Numbered from the stretch's first letter, positions 1 through 13,630 are shown. The stretch: DNA of 64,000 nt from Chrysomallon squamiferum (GCA_012295275.1 CM022666.1:8804001-8868000); one strand, 5' to 3'. Translations and numbers: made by a program. Notes: generated by a model from the letters alone, not told the origin.

Positions 1-514
1 AACCGACGACTAAAGTAACGTGGCGATTTTGTTGTCGTTTTGTGGCTTTCTTTTGTTTGGGCAAGCCCGGAGTGTTGTTTGGTATAGAAATAGAGGCAAA
101 TTGAAACCGCCGTATCGAGTTGATGCGAGTCGACTATTAAAGTGTTGAGCGTCTCACTTTATGGGTGTTTTGTGCACACTGGATGAAATCAGTCGTGTTC
201 CTACATGTGCACGACTCCATGTTGCACACCGGGTTTGAACACACAAATAAAATAAAATAAAACTGCGTGTCTCTTCACGTCTTTACGACGTGGGAGTGCA
301 GCGCTCACGTTGCTGAATTTCAAAGAAGCAGATTTAGTGCGGGGTGACAGCTTCGGCTGTCGTGCCTCGCAGGATCGGTTCTTGATGACGTCATCAGCTT
401 TAGTCTTGATGACGTTCAGTTCATTGTGTTTTACTGAATCATGTAAAGTGGTTATATATCGTTAAAACCATCGTCCCAAGATACTTTGGCAAATGAGTCT
501 TGATATTTGATCTA

Positions 515-870
515 ATGTCTTATGGCCACCTAAAAGAATCCTTACTGATATTTGAGTAACCCATGAAGTTGCCATACTGGCTTTCTGTATTCACATATTT
601 TCAAAATTATGTTAAAAACACATTTAAAACCTGGGTGGGTCTTTGGGTTTTTTCTGAGTTTCTTTCTGTATCCTGAAAGATGCAAATAAAAGATTCCACG
701 CTTACAAATCATCAGCATTATCTATATATTAAACCATGATGTGTATTTTTATAAATGGTTTTCCAATAAAAAAAAAATGCTTGTTTTGTTTTCCTGTCTG
801 TTGAAAAGTCCCTATAAAAGATTCTTGCTGTCATCTGAAAAGAGCAAGCCATGCAATGAAGACAATGTCT
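515..870 (+). mobile_element. Three decayed tandem fragments resembling the MetaSINE core domain
   Basis: Related segments centred on TAAAAGA at 531, 687 and 815, e.g. CCTGTCTGTTGAAAAGTCCCTATAAAAGATTCTTGCTGTCATCTGAAAAGAGCAAGCCATG (793-853) and TAAAAGAATCCTTACTGATATTTGAGTAACCCATGAAGTTGCC (531-573). They resemble the recalled MetaSINE core CCTGTCTGTGGGAAAGTGCATATAAAAGATCCCTTGCTGCTAATCGAAAAGAGTAGCCCATG. Family assignment is from memory, not a search. Confidence 0.5.
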
Positions 871-1629
871 AATCTCGATTAAAAATCATCAGATAAAGTT
901 CATAGTCATGATTAGTTTTCCTGTTTTTACAACACAGATCTGAGTACATTCATTTTAAGAATTCCAACGAAAGGTCAAAGGTGACTGCACCAAGTCTGAA
1001 CCACGTTACCTCAGTGAATAAATATTTTTTTTTTTTTATTTATCAACACTTTAGTACATTTCAATACAAAAGTCATCAGGTGTCACGTAAGGTTGTTTTT
1101 TTAATTGTTTTGCATAATGATTAACTGTGATACGATATCGGAAATGCTTTAGCAACAAATATTTCCTTTATATGAACCTGCTCCTGGGTAGGGAAAACAT
1201 TTTTTATCTGTGTAGTTTTGACGGACAGGAGATCGGAGATAGTGATGACTATCATAATGGTCAGAGACAAGAACGGGAAAAAAGTTCATTTTTAAATGAA
1301 ATGTGAATCGTTGTTTTATAAATAAATCAGGAAATTTTCAGGCGGCAGTAAAGCTTATCACAGTAATAATAATGTGAACTAATATGTGCAGTGTTTGTAC
1401 TCGTCAGGTCCTCAATTTACAGTGTTCTCCAAACATTTGTCTTACCTCCATACTAGAGCGAAATAAAGTTCATTTGTTTTTTTTTTTCTTATATTAATCC
1501 GATTTATAAATCTCTTATTACAGATGTATATACACTGACCTGAAGATAGGTGGATCGATTCCCTACATGAGCACAAAGTTGATAAAAGGAAAACAGGCTT
1601 CACGCTAAATCGAAAAGAAATGATTTATT

Positions 1630-1757
1630 TTACTTACATACTTGTTTGCTTGCTTACTTACTTACTTAGTTACTTACTGACTTACTTACTTACTTACTTA
1701 CTTACTAACTTACATGCTTACTTGCTTGCTTGCTTGCTTGCTAACTTACTTACTTGG
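1630..1757. repeat. Compound (TTAC)n/(TTGC)n tetranucleotide repeat
   Basis: Directly visible runs of cttacttacttac and cttgcttgcttg. Confidence 0.9.
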
Positions 1758-2609
1758 TCGTGGTGTTATTGTTGACGAAAGTATAAATAATTATTACTGA
1801 TAAAAGATGCTAATTAAATGATATTGTCCCTTATAATGGTTGTCTGGTGTTGATGATGATGATGATGATGATGATGATTATGATGATGATAATAATAATA
1901 CTGATGGTGTGTTGACAATGATGATGATAGTTATTATTGTGATGATGGTGATAATGTTGATCACAACTTAAATGATAAACATTTGTCTCAGTAAAAGATC
2001 AAAACTTGCCACAGAACATTGCTGATTGTCTAACTGTGATTGCTCTGCCTCGTCTCTGTGATTGTCTCCAACTCGTGATTATCTATCTGATTATTTTCAT
2101 TTTCCTATTACAACAGGTAACACACATGACAGAGCTAGCGCGAGCCGCCCAGTTGACTTATCAAACATCGAATTCCAGGAGAATTACACTTTTAATTACA
2201 GACAATACACCGAGGACCTTAATCGCGTATTTGTCTTTTACGTACCATTGTTAGAAAACTCTGCCACTGAAACGCGGCCGCCCCAGTGGGTTTATTGTGG
2301 TCGTCGACGGAATTAGAAGCGAGGTTAATACGTAAATGTCAGAGACAAAGAAGAAATTAATAATGATAATTATTATTGAGTTCGTGGTGGAATCAAACAA
2401 TGCGGACATCAGCTACCGACGTGATGGTGTCCACCCCGTGTTGATGTCTGCACGTGCAGCAGCAGACTGTAGATGAGAGAGTGCACGTGATGGTAATAGA
2501 AAAATGACAGTCAACAGCTGCTGGTACTAATACCACGTTGACGACTTCAGCAAAATACCGTCGTTACAGGTGGCGCTACTAAAAGGACTAAGAGACATAA
2601 CTCAGTCTT

Positions 2610-3200
2610 CTGCTACCATTACTACTACCACTACGTCTACTACCACAACTACTACTACAATTAGTAAAACAAGAATAAAAAATATATTGATATTAGTACT
2701 GCAACTATTACTAGTACTATTATTATTATTATTATTCTACTGCCACCACATCTACAACTACTACTACTACAACTGTTACAACAACTAATACTGCTATCAC
2801 TACAACACTAACGACAACTACTACTATTAATCTAGCTACTGTATTATATTATTACAGCTACAAATACTATTATTACTACTACTACAAATGTATTACCACT
2901 ACTACTAAAAAGCTACTACCGCAGTAACAACATTCTAGTACTAACTAGACCATATCAAATTATTCTACACCTATTTCCACTACAACTTAAAAAAGTTATA
3001 TCCGCCATTTCTAGTTCAGCAACAAAACAACAGTAACTAATTGTACTACTGCTACTACACTGTTACTGTTGCTTCCACTACAACAGCTTATAACTATCAC
3101 TATTACTGCTGTATTAATATCATGAGTACAACAACTACAACAACGACAACAAAAGATACAAATGTTACTATTCCACCACTGATAATTCTTCTAGTAATAA
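2610..3200. repeat. Decayed (ACT)/(ACA)/(ATT) trinucleotide low-complexity tract
   Basis: Imperfect actactact/acaacaact runs. A similar tract lies at 3460-3800. Confidence 0.85.
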
Positions 3201-4232
3201 ACAGCTCACAAGAGATTTGTTATTTGACGTGCAAATAATTAAATGGATAATAATATTTGAACCAGAAGAGACAGTTACAAAGAGACAACACTGCTGAAGT
3301 GGAGAACCCACTGCAACCATACGACGTTTTTATTGCGAGCAGACGATTTTTATTGTACGCAGACGACGTTATGTAAGCAGACGAAATTACAGAAATCAGA
3401 CGTGAAAAGCCGGTGCAGACAACATATTGATTTTTTTTTTAAAACCTTATATTAATATAACAGCTACTACTACTGCTTCTAATTTAACAACGACACCATC
3501 ACTACCATTAATAAAATAAACTTTACCACCTTAACCGCAACATACACTACTACTTCCACTACCATCATGCTAGGAGTAACTATTATTACTTTTATTTGTA
3601 CTACTGCAAATACTACTATTATTACTACTGCTACTAAAACTACATCTACTACTATTACTATTACTAAAATGACTACTACTGTTACTGTTATACTACAACA
3701 ACTCCTGCTGCTGCTACTATTATTACTGCACTAGCATTACTACCATTACTGTTGCTGCTATTACTACTACTACTACTACTACTACTATCACTACTGCCTC
3801 AGCTGGTATTATTAAACAAGGCCTGGCTACATTTCATTCAGTTAACCAAGAAAATATCTGAAATCTGTTGATTTGTTTTTTCTTTTTTTTTTTGGATTCT
3901 TTCGGGTGGGTGTATTTAGTTTGTTTGCTTTTGTTGGGATTTTTTTTCTTTATTTGTTATTTTTAACACGAAAGATTTAAGCACATATGTCGTGGCCCAT
4001 TTCATTGATGTAATAAACAGACCTCTCTAAAACAGGACCTCTGTTTAAAAGGCTGTGGTGAAATGAAGGATGGAGAGAGAGAGAGGATTGGTGAGAAAGG
4101 TGATACTGTAACTCGACCCCGCTGTAAACAATCGTGTTTTGTTTATCAGGGTCGGCGGGGACGTGCCGTGAGGGTGTGAAATCTACAGAATTAATTAACT
4201 TACGCAATGATACGTCTGCTGACCTATATGCA

Positions 4233-4356
<124 letters not shown>

Positions 4357-5236
4357 ACGATGGTATATACATATGTTTATTTGTACTGAGAAAAATGCCA
4401 GTCTGTTTTACACACGGTAGTAGATATGTACTAACCCAGAATACGTATAAATATACCGATACAGATATCCTCACACATACGAATATATATATACATGCAC
4501 ATACACACAGCCACAAATGTAAATATAGACACATACATATATTATAAATATCGTATATATATATAGATACACTCACAAATTCGTATAATACTATGAACAT
4601 ACACAAACATACATATATTAATATACACAAGCATACGTATAAACAAATATACACACATGTATCTACACATGTCAGATACATAATACACACGTACAGAAAC
4701 ACACATATACATAAACATACACAAACGCAGACACTCAAGCCTACATACACAAACCAATACATATTCTTACACCCACTCACAAGTATATCAACAGTAAGTA
4801 ACTTAATACCGTCTGATGCGAAACTTTGATAATAACACAACCTAGAACAAAGCTTTTTAAAAATTACAGCTTAAAAAAAAGAGGTATACTGGGGCAAATG
4901 CCAGCAATGTGATTTTAACCTAAGCCTGTGAAGATTATAGCTCCATTACTTCCAAAGCGAAATACGTCAGGTTTTGTACATTTCAGCCAAAGATATCAAC
5001 TTCGTAGATTTCAAAACTCACAGTCGAGTGAACACGCACAATGGATGATCCACTTCTTTCTAATCGTTTAGATAACCGTAATGGAAAATAAATACAACCG
5101 AAATTCTCTCAGCAAATTATTCGTGTTATATATAACAGCCATTTTTTTTTTTTCTTTATAGATATAATAGCCATTTTTTTTTTTTTTTTTATAGATATGT
5201 TTGTCGATACACCAGTTTATATAAGTGTGTGCGTGA

Positions 5237-5270
<34 letters not shown>

Positions 5271-5778
5271 TTATTGACGTGTTAAAATTTTTAAAAAAAA
5301 AAGAAGAAATATTGGGCCAAATAACAACACATCTACTTGTTTCTTTTACTTTGTTGTGTTTATATGTGTATTTATTCATTTGTTAGTTGGTTTATTTAAT
5401 TTTTTCTAACAGTGATAAGCATATTTGTTGCTGTTGTTTGTGGATTTTCCCCACACTAATCCATTTGAAAAACAATTTTTTCCACTACTGTTTACACAAC
5501 GCACGTTTAATGAAGTATACTGGCTGAAATAGGTGTGACGTGTTGGGGTATTACTATTACAATACACATGGAGACATAATTATGTGCTGTTCTAGGATGA
5601 ATTCTAAGTAATAATTAATCAAATCTATTTTTCAATTTACTTTTAATGTGAGGAAATAATCTCACACAGAGGATAAAATTTAAAAAAATAAAAATAAAAA
5701 GTCGCCTTTGATTGCTATATTTTATTTATTTATTTATTTTATTTTATTTTAATTTACTTTTGTTTGTTGTTGTTGTTG

Positions 5779-5819
<41 letters not shown>

Positions 5820-7449
5820 TTTTAATTAGAGAAAGTCAAAATAATAATTTGTTATAACACAACAAATAAAAAATTCTAAATTATCATAAAAATGTATTTA
5901 AAATTATTAGTTTTTTTCTACGAATATAACGGTTTATGACGTTTTTACACGTGTATAATGATTTTTCGTATGCGTGTGCGAACGCGTATATATCATTCTT
6001 GAATATGTTTATAATGTGCGTATGCATCTTTACGTTTGTGCATACATACATATGTAAGGGATTTTATTTATATATGTATGTATGTATGTCAGGGATTATA
6101 TGTATGCGTAGGTATGGATTTATATATATATATCTTTGTATGTGTGTAAAACAAAAATTATTCTTGGTTTTCACAAAAAAAATTTTTTTTTTTTTTTAAA
6201 AAGAAAACAAAAAAGAAAAGTATCGTTCATAATAATAACTGCAAAACACATTCTCGGACTGTAATCGGTTTTCTCTTAATGTCCTTTGACCGTGACCTAA
6301 TTACGCTCTAATTTATTCGGAAGCTGACCACGCCAATGTCTTTTGTCTTCAGATCCGGTGCAACCAAAACATCCTCTTGTTTGTGTAATCGCTGCTTTAT
6401 GCAACAGCAATTTACGAGACATTTATCTCCAACCGCGATCCATTAAATGCATAAGCAAATCTCAATTCTTCCTTCCTTTGCTGGAGAACTAATAATGGCG
6501 GAAAAACAGTCCCGTCGTCCCCCGAGGGCAGGTTAGGTAACTCTGTTTCATTCCGCAAGCCTGCTTCTTTTGTGTTCGGCTTCAGCTAATTGCAAATGGT
6601 CTGCCAAAGAATTGTAACGGCCAGGTGAGGTTTTGGCGTTGTTTATCCGACACCTGATACTCAAAGATCATTTAGGGATTTTTTTTTAATTTTCTTTTTT
6701 TTTTTTTTAAATCATCACCGAACGGTCTTTCTTTTGTTATAGGAATTAACCCGAACTGTGGCTACTGTTTCATATGACCGTTTCTTTCTTTCTTTCTTTT
6801 TTTTTTTTTTTTTTTTTTTAAATTTACGTTTAATGACCGCCATATTTAGTTCGAGTTAATGACGTAATAAGGACGTAACAGACTGAGTTGGAGAGTGATG
6901 AGGATCAAAGAGTTAAAGAAAACTAGAAATGTTAACACAAATTAAATTTCTGAAATATTACAGTTTTTTGTTTTTTTTAAATAACTGAAATAATTAATAA
7001 TACAAAGTAATATAATAATACTGTGTAATATAATAATACTGTGTAATATAATATAATATAATATAATGTAATGTAATATATAAAAATATGACAGTAATGC
7101 AGTATAATGTAATATAATAATAATAATACATAATAAAGTATACATGAGTAACCTTATATGATAAATAATAAATAATCAAAAAAGATTTAAAAAAACAATA
7201 AATAAAACAACAAAAATAAATTAAACACTAAACAAAACCGAAATAAAGAACAATGTAACAAAACAAACAAACAAACAAACAAATAAATAATAAATAAATA
7301 AATAAATAACAAGAACACATGAAGGAAAATAACCGCTTCATAATCAAATTTAATAAATAAATAAACAGTGTAAGTTAAAAGTATTAAAGAAACAATTACT
7401 CAAATTAAACCCATACTGTCGACAAAAAGCTAATGAAAAATCTGATATT

Positions 7450-7535
7450 AGATGAATATTTCATTTCTGACATAAATATTAATTTCTCATTCATGAATAT
7501 TCATGGTAATCTATTTGCATTTATATAGATGCATT
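7450..7535. promoter_or_regulatory. POU-domain site cluster (MORE-type palindrome plus octamer)
   Basis: CATGAATATTCATG palindrome at 7492-7505, octamer ATTTGCAT at 7513-7520, related ATGAATATTTCAT at 7452. Confidence 0.4.
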
Positions 7536-7667
7536 GCTGGAGAACGTAATAAAGTATTTCCAATAAAAAAAAAAGTCATTTAATTAAACGTATATAGATT
7601 GCCCGATATACAAATAGAGATATGAAAATTGAAATAATATGATTCTGTAAGTTAATAATAATAATAG

Positions 7668-7705
<38 letters not shown>

Positions 7706-7899
7706 TGAATAACAATAAAACTACTATAATAATAATTATACTAGTAGCTGTAGTAAATTTCTAATTTTCTTTTAATTTATCTGAGTTTGTTTAATTAAAT
7801 TAATATAACAAATAATTTTAATATTTAAACGAAACATTATCATTTGTACACATTTAATATTTTTTCTTTTACAACGACGACGGCAACAACAACAGCAAC

Positions 7900-8650
7900 A
7901 TTCCTTAAACCAAACACAGCATTTTCCCACGCCACAAACTCAAACACTTAAGATTCGCGAAAATAATATTAAACGCGTAATGGTTTAATAGTCCGATATA
8001 GCAGGGGAAAAAAAAAGGAGATGTCATATTAAAAATTAAACGTACTCAACCACGCCACGTCACGCATGCGTGACTTTGCACGTGCGTACACCTTAAGAGG
8101 TGTGACAGAAATCGATTTCGAATGACAAAAATTCAATGCTGTGTATCCCGTGGCGTTCAGGCGGAACAAAAATCCACTGTTCACCTGAATACAGAATTAT
8201 TTAAGCCTTTTGTGCTCTCAACTGAAGCGTAAGTAATTTAGAAACCAGTTGTAGTTGACAGGTAATCGACATTTTTTTTTTTTTTTTTTACTACGCTGCC
8301 GGCGTTGGGCGATTGCCCATAACGTGGTCAGAGAAATCGTCGACTGCCTGGGAAACGTTCTTGGTGGACGGAAAGCGAAGAAAATTGTCGTTGAATATTT
8401 CATAGTTGAGGTTAGTGAAGCCTTAACTTGGAATAGGGGAAATAAAAATAATTCAGCGCCGCAGAATCGCCACAAAGGGCGGGTTGAAAAGACGGCGCAA
8501 TCGCTACAGAGCTCTTTTGAAAAGGAGACGCATAAAGTGAAGTCTTCACAACGCGAAGCTATTCAGTGGCCGACTTAGGAGATTTGTTGAAATGTAATTT
8601 TAGTATAATAGGCCCAGGGTTTGACTCTTTCATTGTCATCTCTCGTCTTC
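7900..8650. promoter_or_regulatory. CpG-rich non-coding island, putative cis-regulatory module
   Basis: High complexity and many CpG. 16-bp palindrome GTCACGCATGCGTGAC at 8059-8074, E-box GCACGTGC at 8078-8085, TTCCCACG (CSL/Su(H) site) near 7924. Confidence 0.45.
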
Positions 8651-8845
8651 AATAAAAGAGGGTGGGGGTGCATTGAAAGAATGGAAAGGAATAAAAGACG
8701 AAGAAGAAAGAAGAGGCTGAAAGAAAAAGGAAAAAAGAAAAAAGTAAAAGGAGAAAAGAATCGGGAACGAATTAAAATGACATGATGTTGGTTTCCGATT
8801 ATGACGTCACAGAGATTAAAAGGTCGTTAAAAGCAACGGTAAAGA

Positions 8846-8856
8846 TAATCCGATTA
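8846..8856. promoter_or_regulatory. P3-type paired-class K50 homeodomain dimer site TAATCCGATTA
   Basis: Exact TAAT-CCG-ATTA, about 35 bp downstream of a perfect CRE (8802-8809). Confidence 0.4.
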
Positions 8857-9340
8857 AGCTCCTTTGTATGTCCAATATGGCAGTTTATACAGTTCTGAGA
8901 GAAATCTATTTTTTATTATTTTGTTAAATTTCGTCCATGTCTGTTTCAAAAGATGAAATGTACATTAAAAAAAAAAAAAAAAAAGAGAGAAAGAAAAAAA
9001 AAAAAGAAACACAGCGTGAGTCTAACGGTTTATTAATTCTTTTATTGTTGTATTTACTGAACAACAGAACATAAACGGTTCTGAATTTTAAATAAATATT
9101 TCTATAAGGTCAGGACATACACGTAGACACAGGCAGTTCGTTTATCCAGTAATAAATATGTAACGAGTCAAAAGTCCTTCATTTCAAAATTATTAGTTTG
9201 TTTGGAGACAAAAACTAAACAAGCAGAAACATATTCAAACACGTACGACATACGCATGAATGGACAGATGGATGAATGGAGGTACTACATGGTTGTAATT
9301 ACATATAATGAATTTATTTATTTATTTATTTATTGTTATT

Positions 9341-9377
<37 letters not shown>

Positions 9378-10827
9378 TTTGCTACAATAAAATATTGCTG
9401 ATTTTCAAATAAATGATGATGGATTAGTATGCAATGAATTTTTTTATGTAACATATATTTTAATAAGAGAAGATTATGATTATATAATTACTTGTATAAA
9501 TATAAGAATAAAAATAATTTATTCCGATTAACACAGCAATTCGAATAATGATTTGGTATTATTGTTATTATTATTATGTCTGTGTGTGTGTGTGTGTGTG
9601 TTTATTATATATTTTAGTCATATTATCAAACGGAAGCTAGTTGTTGTTGTTGTCGTCGTTGTTAGTGTTTTAATATTGTCGTTACTGTATTTACCACCTT
9701 CATCATGACTAACAGTATGGATCTGTGTGTGTGTATGTTTGTGTGTATTTCCATATTTTGTGTGTGTGTGTGTACGTACGTGTGTAAGTCTGTATTGACT
9801 AAATTAATTCTTGTCGCCTGCGGGAATTCTTCGTTTCGCAATGTTAAGTGTTTTTCTAATACTCTGGTATTTTCTAACTAGACGAACGGATTAGCGGATT
9901 ACGTCAGTTTTAATGTTGCGTAACTGCGTAACCGACTTGAGTCAACCGCCGTAATAAGGGAGATCACTCACAAAACGGACGTAACCATCGCAACAGGCGC
10001 GAAAATGCTACGTGTTAGGCAGCCATTAAGGAAAATACCTGTGGTGTTTATGAGGTTTGTTATTTGTTTGGGAATTCCTCGGTTTTTGTTTTGCTGTTGT
10101 TGTCATTTATTTTAAAATAAGGTTATAAGTCATAAAAAATAAAATAAGAAAAGAAAAGCAGAAAAAAGAAAACCATCCAGAAGAAACGTAAACATCATAT
10201 GAAGGGAGATAATTTAGAAATAAATATTTAGTTTTTTTTACAGATATTTTTACGTCTGTGTATACTTATATGACGTGTGTGTGTGTGTGTGTGTGTGTTT
10301 GTGTGTGTTTGTGTTTGTGTGTGTGTATGTATGTATGTGTGTGTGTGCCTCTGTGTGTGTGTGCCTTGTATTACAACACAAAAACAAAGCACGAAGAAAC
10401 ATTAAATTATTAAAATTATTTTGAACAAGAGATAATTGATAGAGTGTCATAAATGGACATAATGAAGTATATATATATATATACAGTTCAGAATTAACAG
10501 TTATTAAAATGGCGTATTAAAGACTAAAGAAGGTCTGTGGATAAAAAAATATTAAAAATCTTCATTTAACACTCGGTAAAAACAGATATAAAAACTTGAT
10601 AATGCATAGCTGACACAGTACGAGATTCACAAAAAATGACCCTTGGTGACAAAACTAATTGTGCTGGCTCATAAAACTGCAATTACTAAAATATAAAAAT
10701 AAAATAAAATAAAATTAATGCAGGTAAAAGACCTACTAGAGAATAAAACTAAAAACAAAATAAAATAAACACATGCCGTGATGTTACTGTTCTGTGGTCA
10801 TTATAGGTACATACATACACATCGTTG

Positions 10828-10828
<1 letters not shown>

Positions 10829-10890
<62 letters not shown>
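10829..10890. repeat. (TTA)n microsatellite
   Basis: About 20 perfect units. Confidence 0.97.
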
Positions 10891-12989
10891 GATTTTGTAA
10901 CAGGTGACAACTAAATATAAAAACAAAAGGTAGATATACGCGTCATTCAACTGTGTGCACATTGAGAACAAAACGTGACAACATCCGCGTTGTTTGATGG
11001 CAATCTGAGTAACTGCTGATTTGTCGCTAAGACGTCTAAAAACAAAAATGTAATTATCGGATTCGGTCGGCGTTGCTCAACACAAACAGAACAGTGGGAA
11101 GACGACAGCTACGTCGTTGAGTAGGTTAATAATTGTAGTGGACAGAAATCCCATACATTATTACAGTTCTTTGAAAAATTGTGCAACAGGGATTATCCCT
11201 AATCCCCGAGTCTGAACGATGGAATGCCCCAGGGCGCGAAGGATGAATAATGGCGACAGTGTGCGCCCTTTTCGCCCTCAGCTTGTCAGAACGAGGCAAT
11301 CAGAAACGACGGCTTAAAACAAGAAACTATGAAATTCGACTCTCGTGTTATGGGTGGGAACCGTTTCCAATTTACCTGTCACAGTCTTCACCGAGAGGTG
11401 GGGGAGGGTGGGGGAGAATGTACATTAAGGCCAGCTGTCGAGTTATCGGTCCTACAGTTGTCTGTCACAGAGGGCTCTTATTAAGGGAGTTCAGACTTAC
11501 GTAGATCTCTTGTTGGCTAGAAGACAGAGATGACGTAAAAAGAATAACAATACTGATGCCTTTATACTTTTTTTATTATTATTATGTTTCTCAGTTTATT
11601 ATTATTATTCTATACTTGTATTTTATTTCTTTTAAAAAAAATATATATTTTATTGCAACCTCACGTGTCAAAACAAAAAGAAAAAAGAAAAAAAAAAAAA
11701 AAAAGAAAGAAAACACCGTCTTGTTATTTTTATACATATTTTTCTTCTATTTCTTTTTCTTTTTCTTTTTTTTACTTTTTTTACTTTTTTTTTTTTTTTT
11801 TTTTTTTTCGCTCTTTGGTTGCCTCCTCCCATATCTTTGATGATTCATAACCAAAAGAAAAAAAAACAACAAAAACCTTCATGTTATTTCAAGCAAAGCA
11901 ATTATAATTTTCAGCGAGGATCCAGCACAGGTGTGCTAGGAGTCCGGCACGCTTGACTGCACTAAGCTCCGGTGAGATTATTATTGCTTCGACCACTCCA
12001 GCCTATTTCAAACAAATTCCGTGGTTAAATCGAGCGACAGAATACTTCTCTGTGACTCAGGAATACGCCATCGAACAGGGAAAATGTGACACAAATTACT
12101 TCTCGGTTAACAGTTAATATGAACAGTCACAAAGGGGTAGAATGTTAGGTTTTTGTCTCTCTTCTTGTTTATCCCTTTCTCATTCGTCCGTTATTCTCTC
12201 CTTCGTTCATACCCTCTCCTCCTCTTTCTTTCTTTCTTTCTTTCACATCTCTCCATCCATCGCATGATTTAAATTTTCTATTTGTTATTTGTTATTTTTC
12301 TATTTAAAAAGATGAATTTTTAATCATATCACACAAAAAACACAGCACATAGGTTTCTGCATATCACCAAAATTCTACACGATAAAGACGAATATTTGAG
12401 ATTTTCGTTTTGATTTTATTCGATCATTTATTCATTTCATTTGTTCTTCATTCATTTTAATTATTTATTTATTCATATATTTACTAGTTAAAAAATATAT
12501 ATATTAGTGTTTATGTGTTAATTTAACTTTTAATTTTTATTTTTACATTTTTGTACTTCAAAAATATCTATGCATTTATTCGTTCATTTATTAACTATTC
12601 ATAACTCCTGTTGAAGTATATACTATTTACTGTATATGGTTTTTAAATGTGACAAATAAATACTTTATCGGATAATACTAAGATTGCTTCATAGAAAGTA
12701 CGCCAGTACTGAGATGCTATTTATTTCACAAAAATCAAAATTAAACCGCGATATATTATACACAAACATTTTTTCCTTTTTTATTTTCATCAGAAAGATG
12801 TTTTCAAAACTCGACATTGAGAATTATTATATTTTTTTTTAAATGCATAAAAATAATTTAAAAAGCATCATTCCGTAAATTGTACTAAGACATTTTTCTC
12901 TTTTTTTCTTTATTTTTTCATTTTTTATTTTTTTTTATATCTTGTTAAAAATGCAGTCATTACAAAATGAGAAACACACCAAGTAGAAA

Positions 12990-13500
12990 AGGAAATTACC
13001 AGAACGGAATTCGAAAAATTTTCATGGTATTTCGCATATTCCATTAAGGAAAAACAGCTTCCGTTTGGATGCGCGAACGGCCACGTCACGTGACCTCCAA
13101 GTTCTCGCTCCAGCTCTCGTCCGGAAATCTCTTGATGGCCTCTCAATGGGTCCGCCGAAATCATTTCCTCCACAAGAAGGGATTCCATGTAACTCTTGAA
13201 GAAATTACATCAAGACCCAGTCTCCAGATTGTGGTAGTTTTAATTCCATCCCAGGCTAGCGGTGCGATGGTTTCCGGCTTGTGAACGCGCTCATAATTAT
13301 TGGTGGATGAGAGGAGAGAGACAGAGCGACATCTGGAGTCTCGACAAGTCCAGTCACTCAGCTTTGACAAATTCATTTCTAACTACGACTTCACACTTAA
13401 CGTAATATTTTTATTACAGCAGCGTGTCCCACGTTACCTCCTCCACGTAACTCTGCCCCCTCTCCCTCCTCCAGCTCTCCCCTCTCCCCCCACCCCTCTC
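12990..13500. promoter_or_regulatory. CpG-rich island with promoter/enhancer-like motifs
   Basis: GTCACGTGAC (USF/MiT-TFE CLEAR-type) at 13085-13094 overlapping CCACGTCA, ETS-like CCGGAAAT at 13121, C-tract block at 13456-13497. Confidence 0.4.
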
Positions 13501-13576
13501 TCCTTTTTCGCCACTTTTCCCGACTCGTTTTATTAGACTCTGATTAAATGTAGTTCATTCTTGATAGATGGGCTGA

Positions 13577-13579
<3 letters not shown>

Positions 13580-13630
<51 letters not shown>

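Noticed and set aside
226-242. Minus-strand Pol III B-box-like GTTCAAACCC
   Set aside because: No A-box or cloverleaf at suitable distance.
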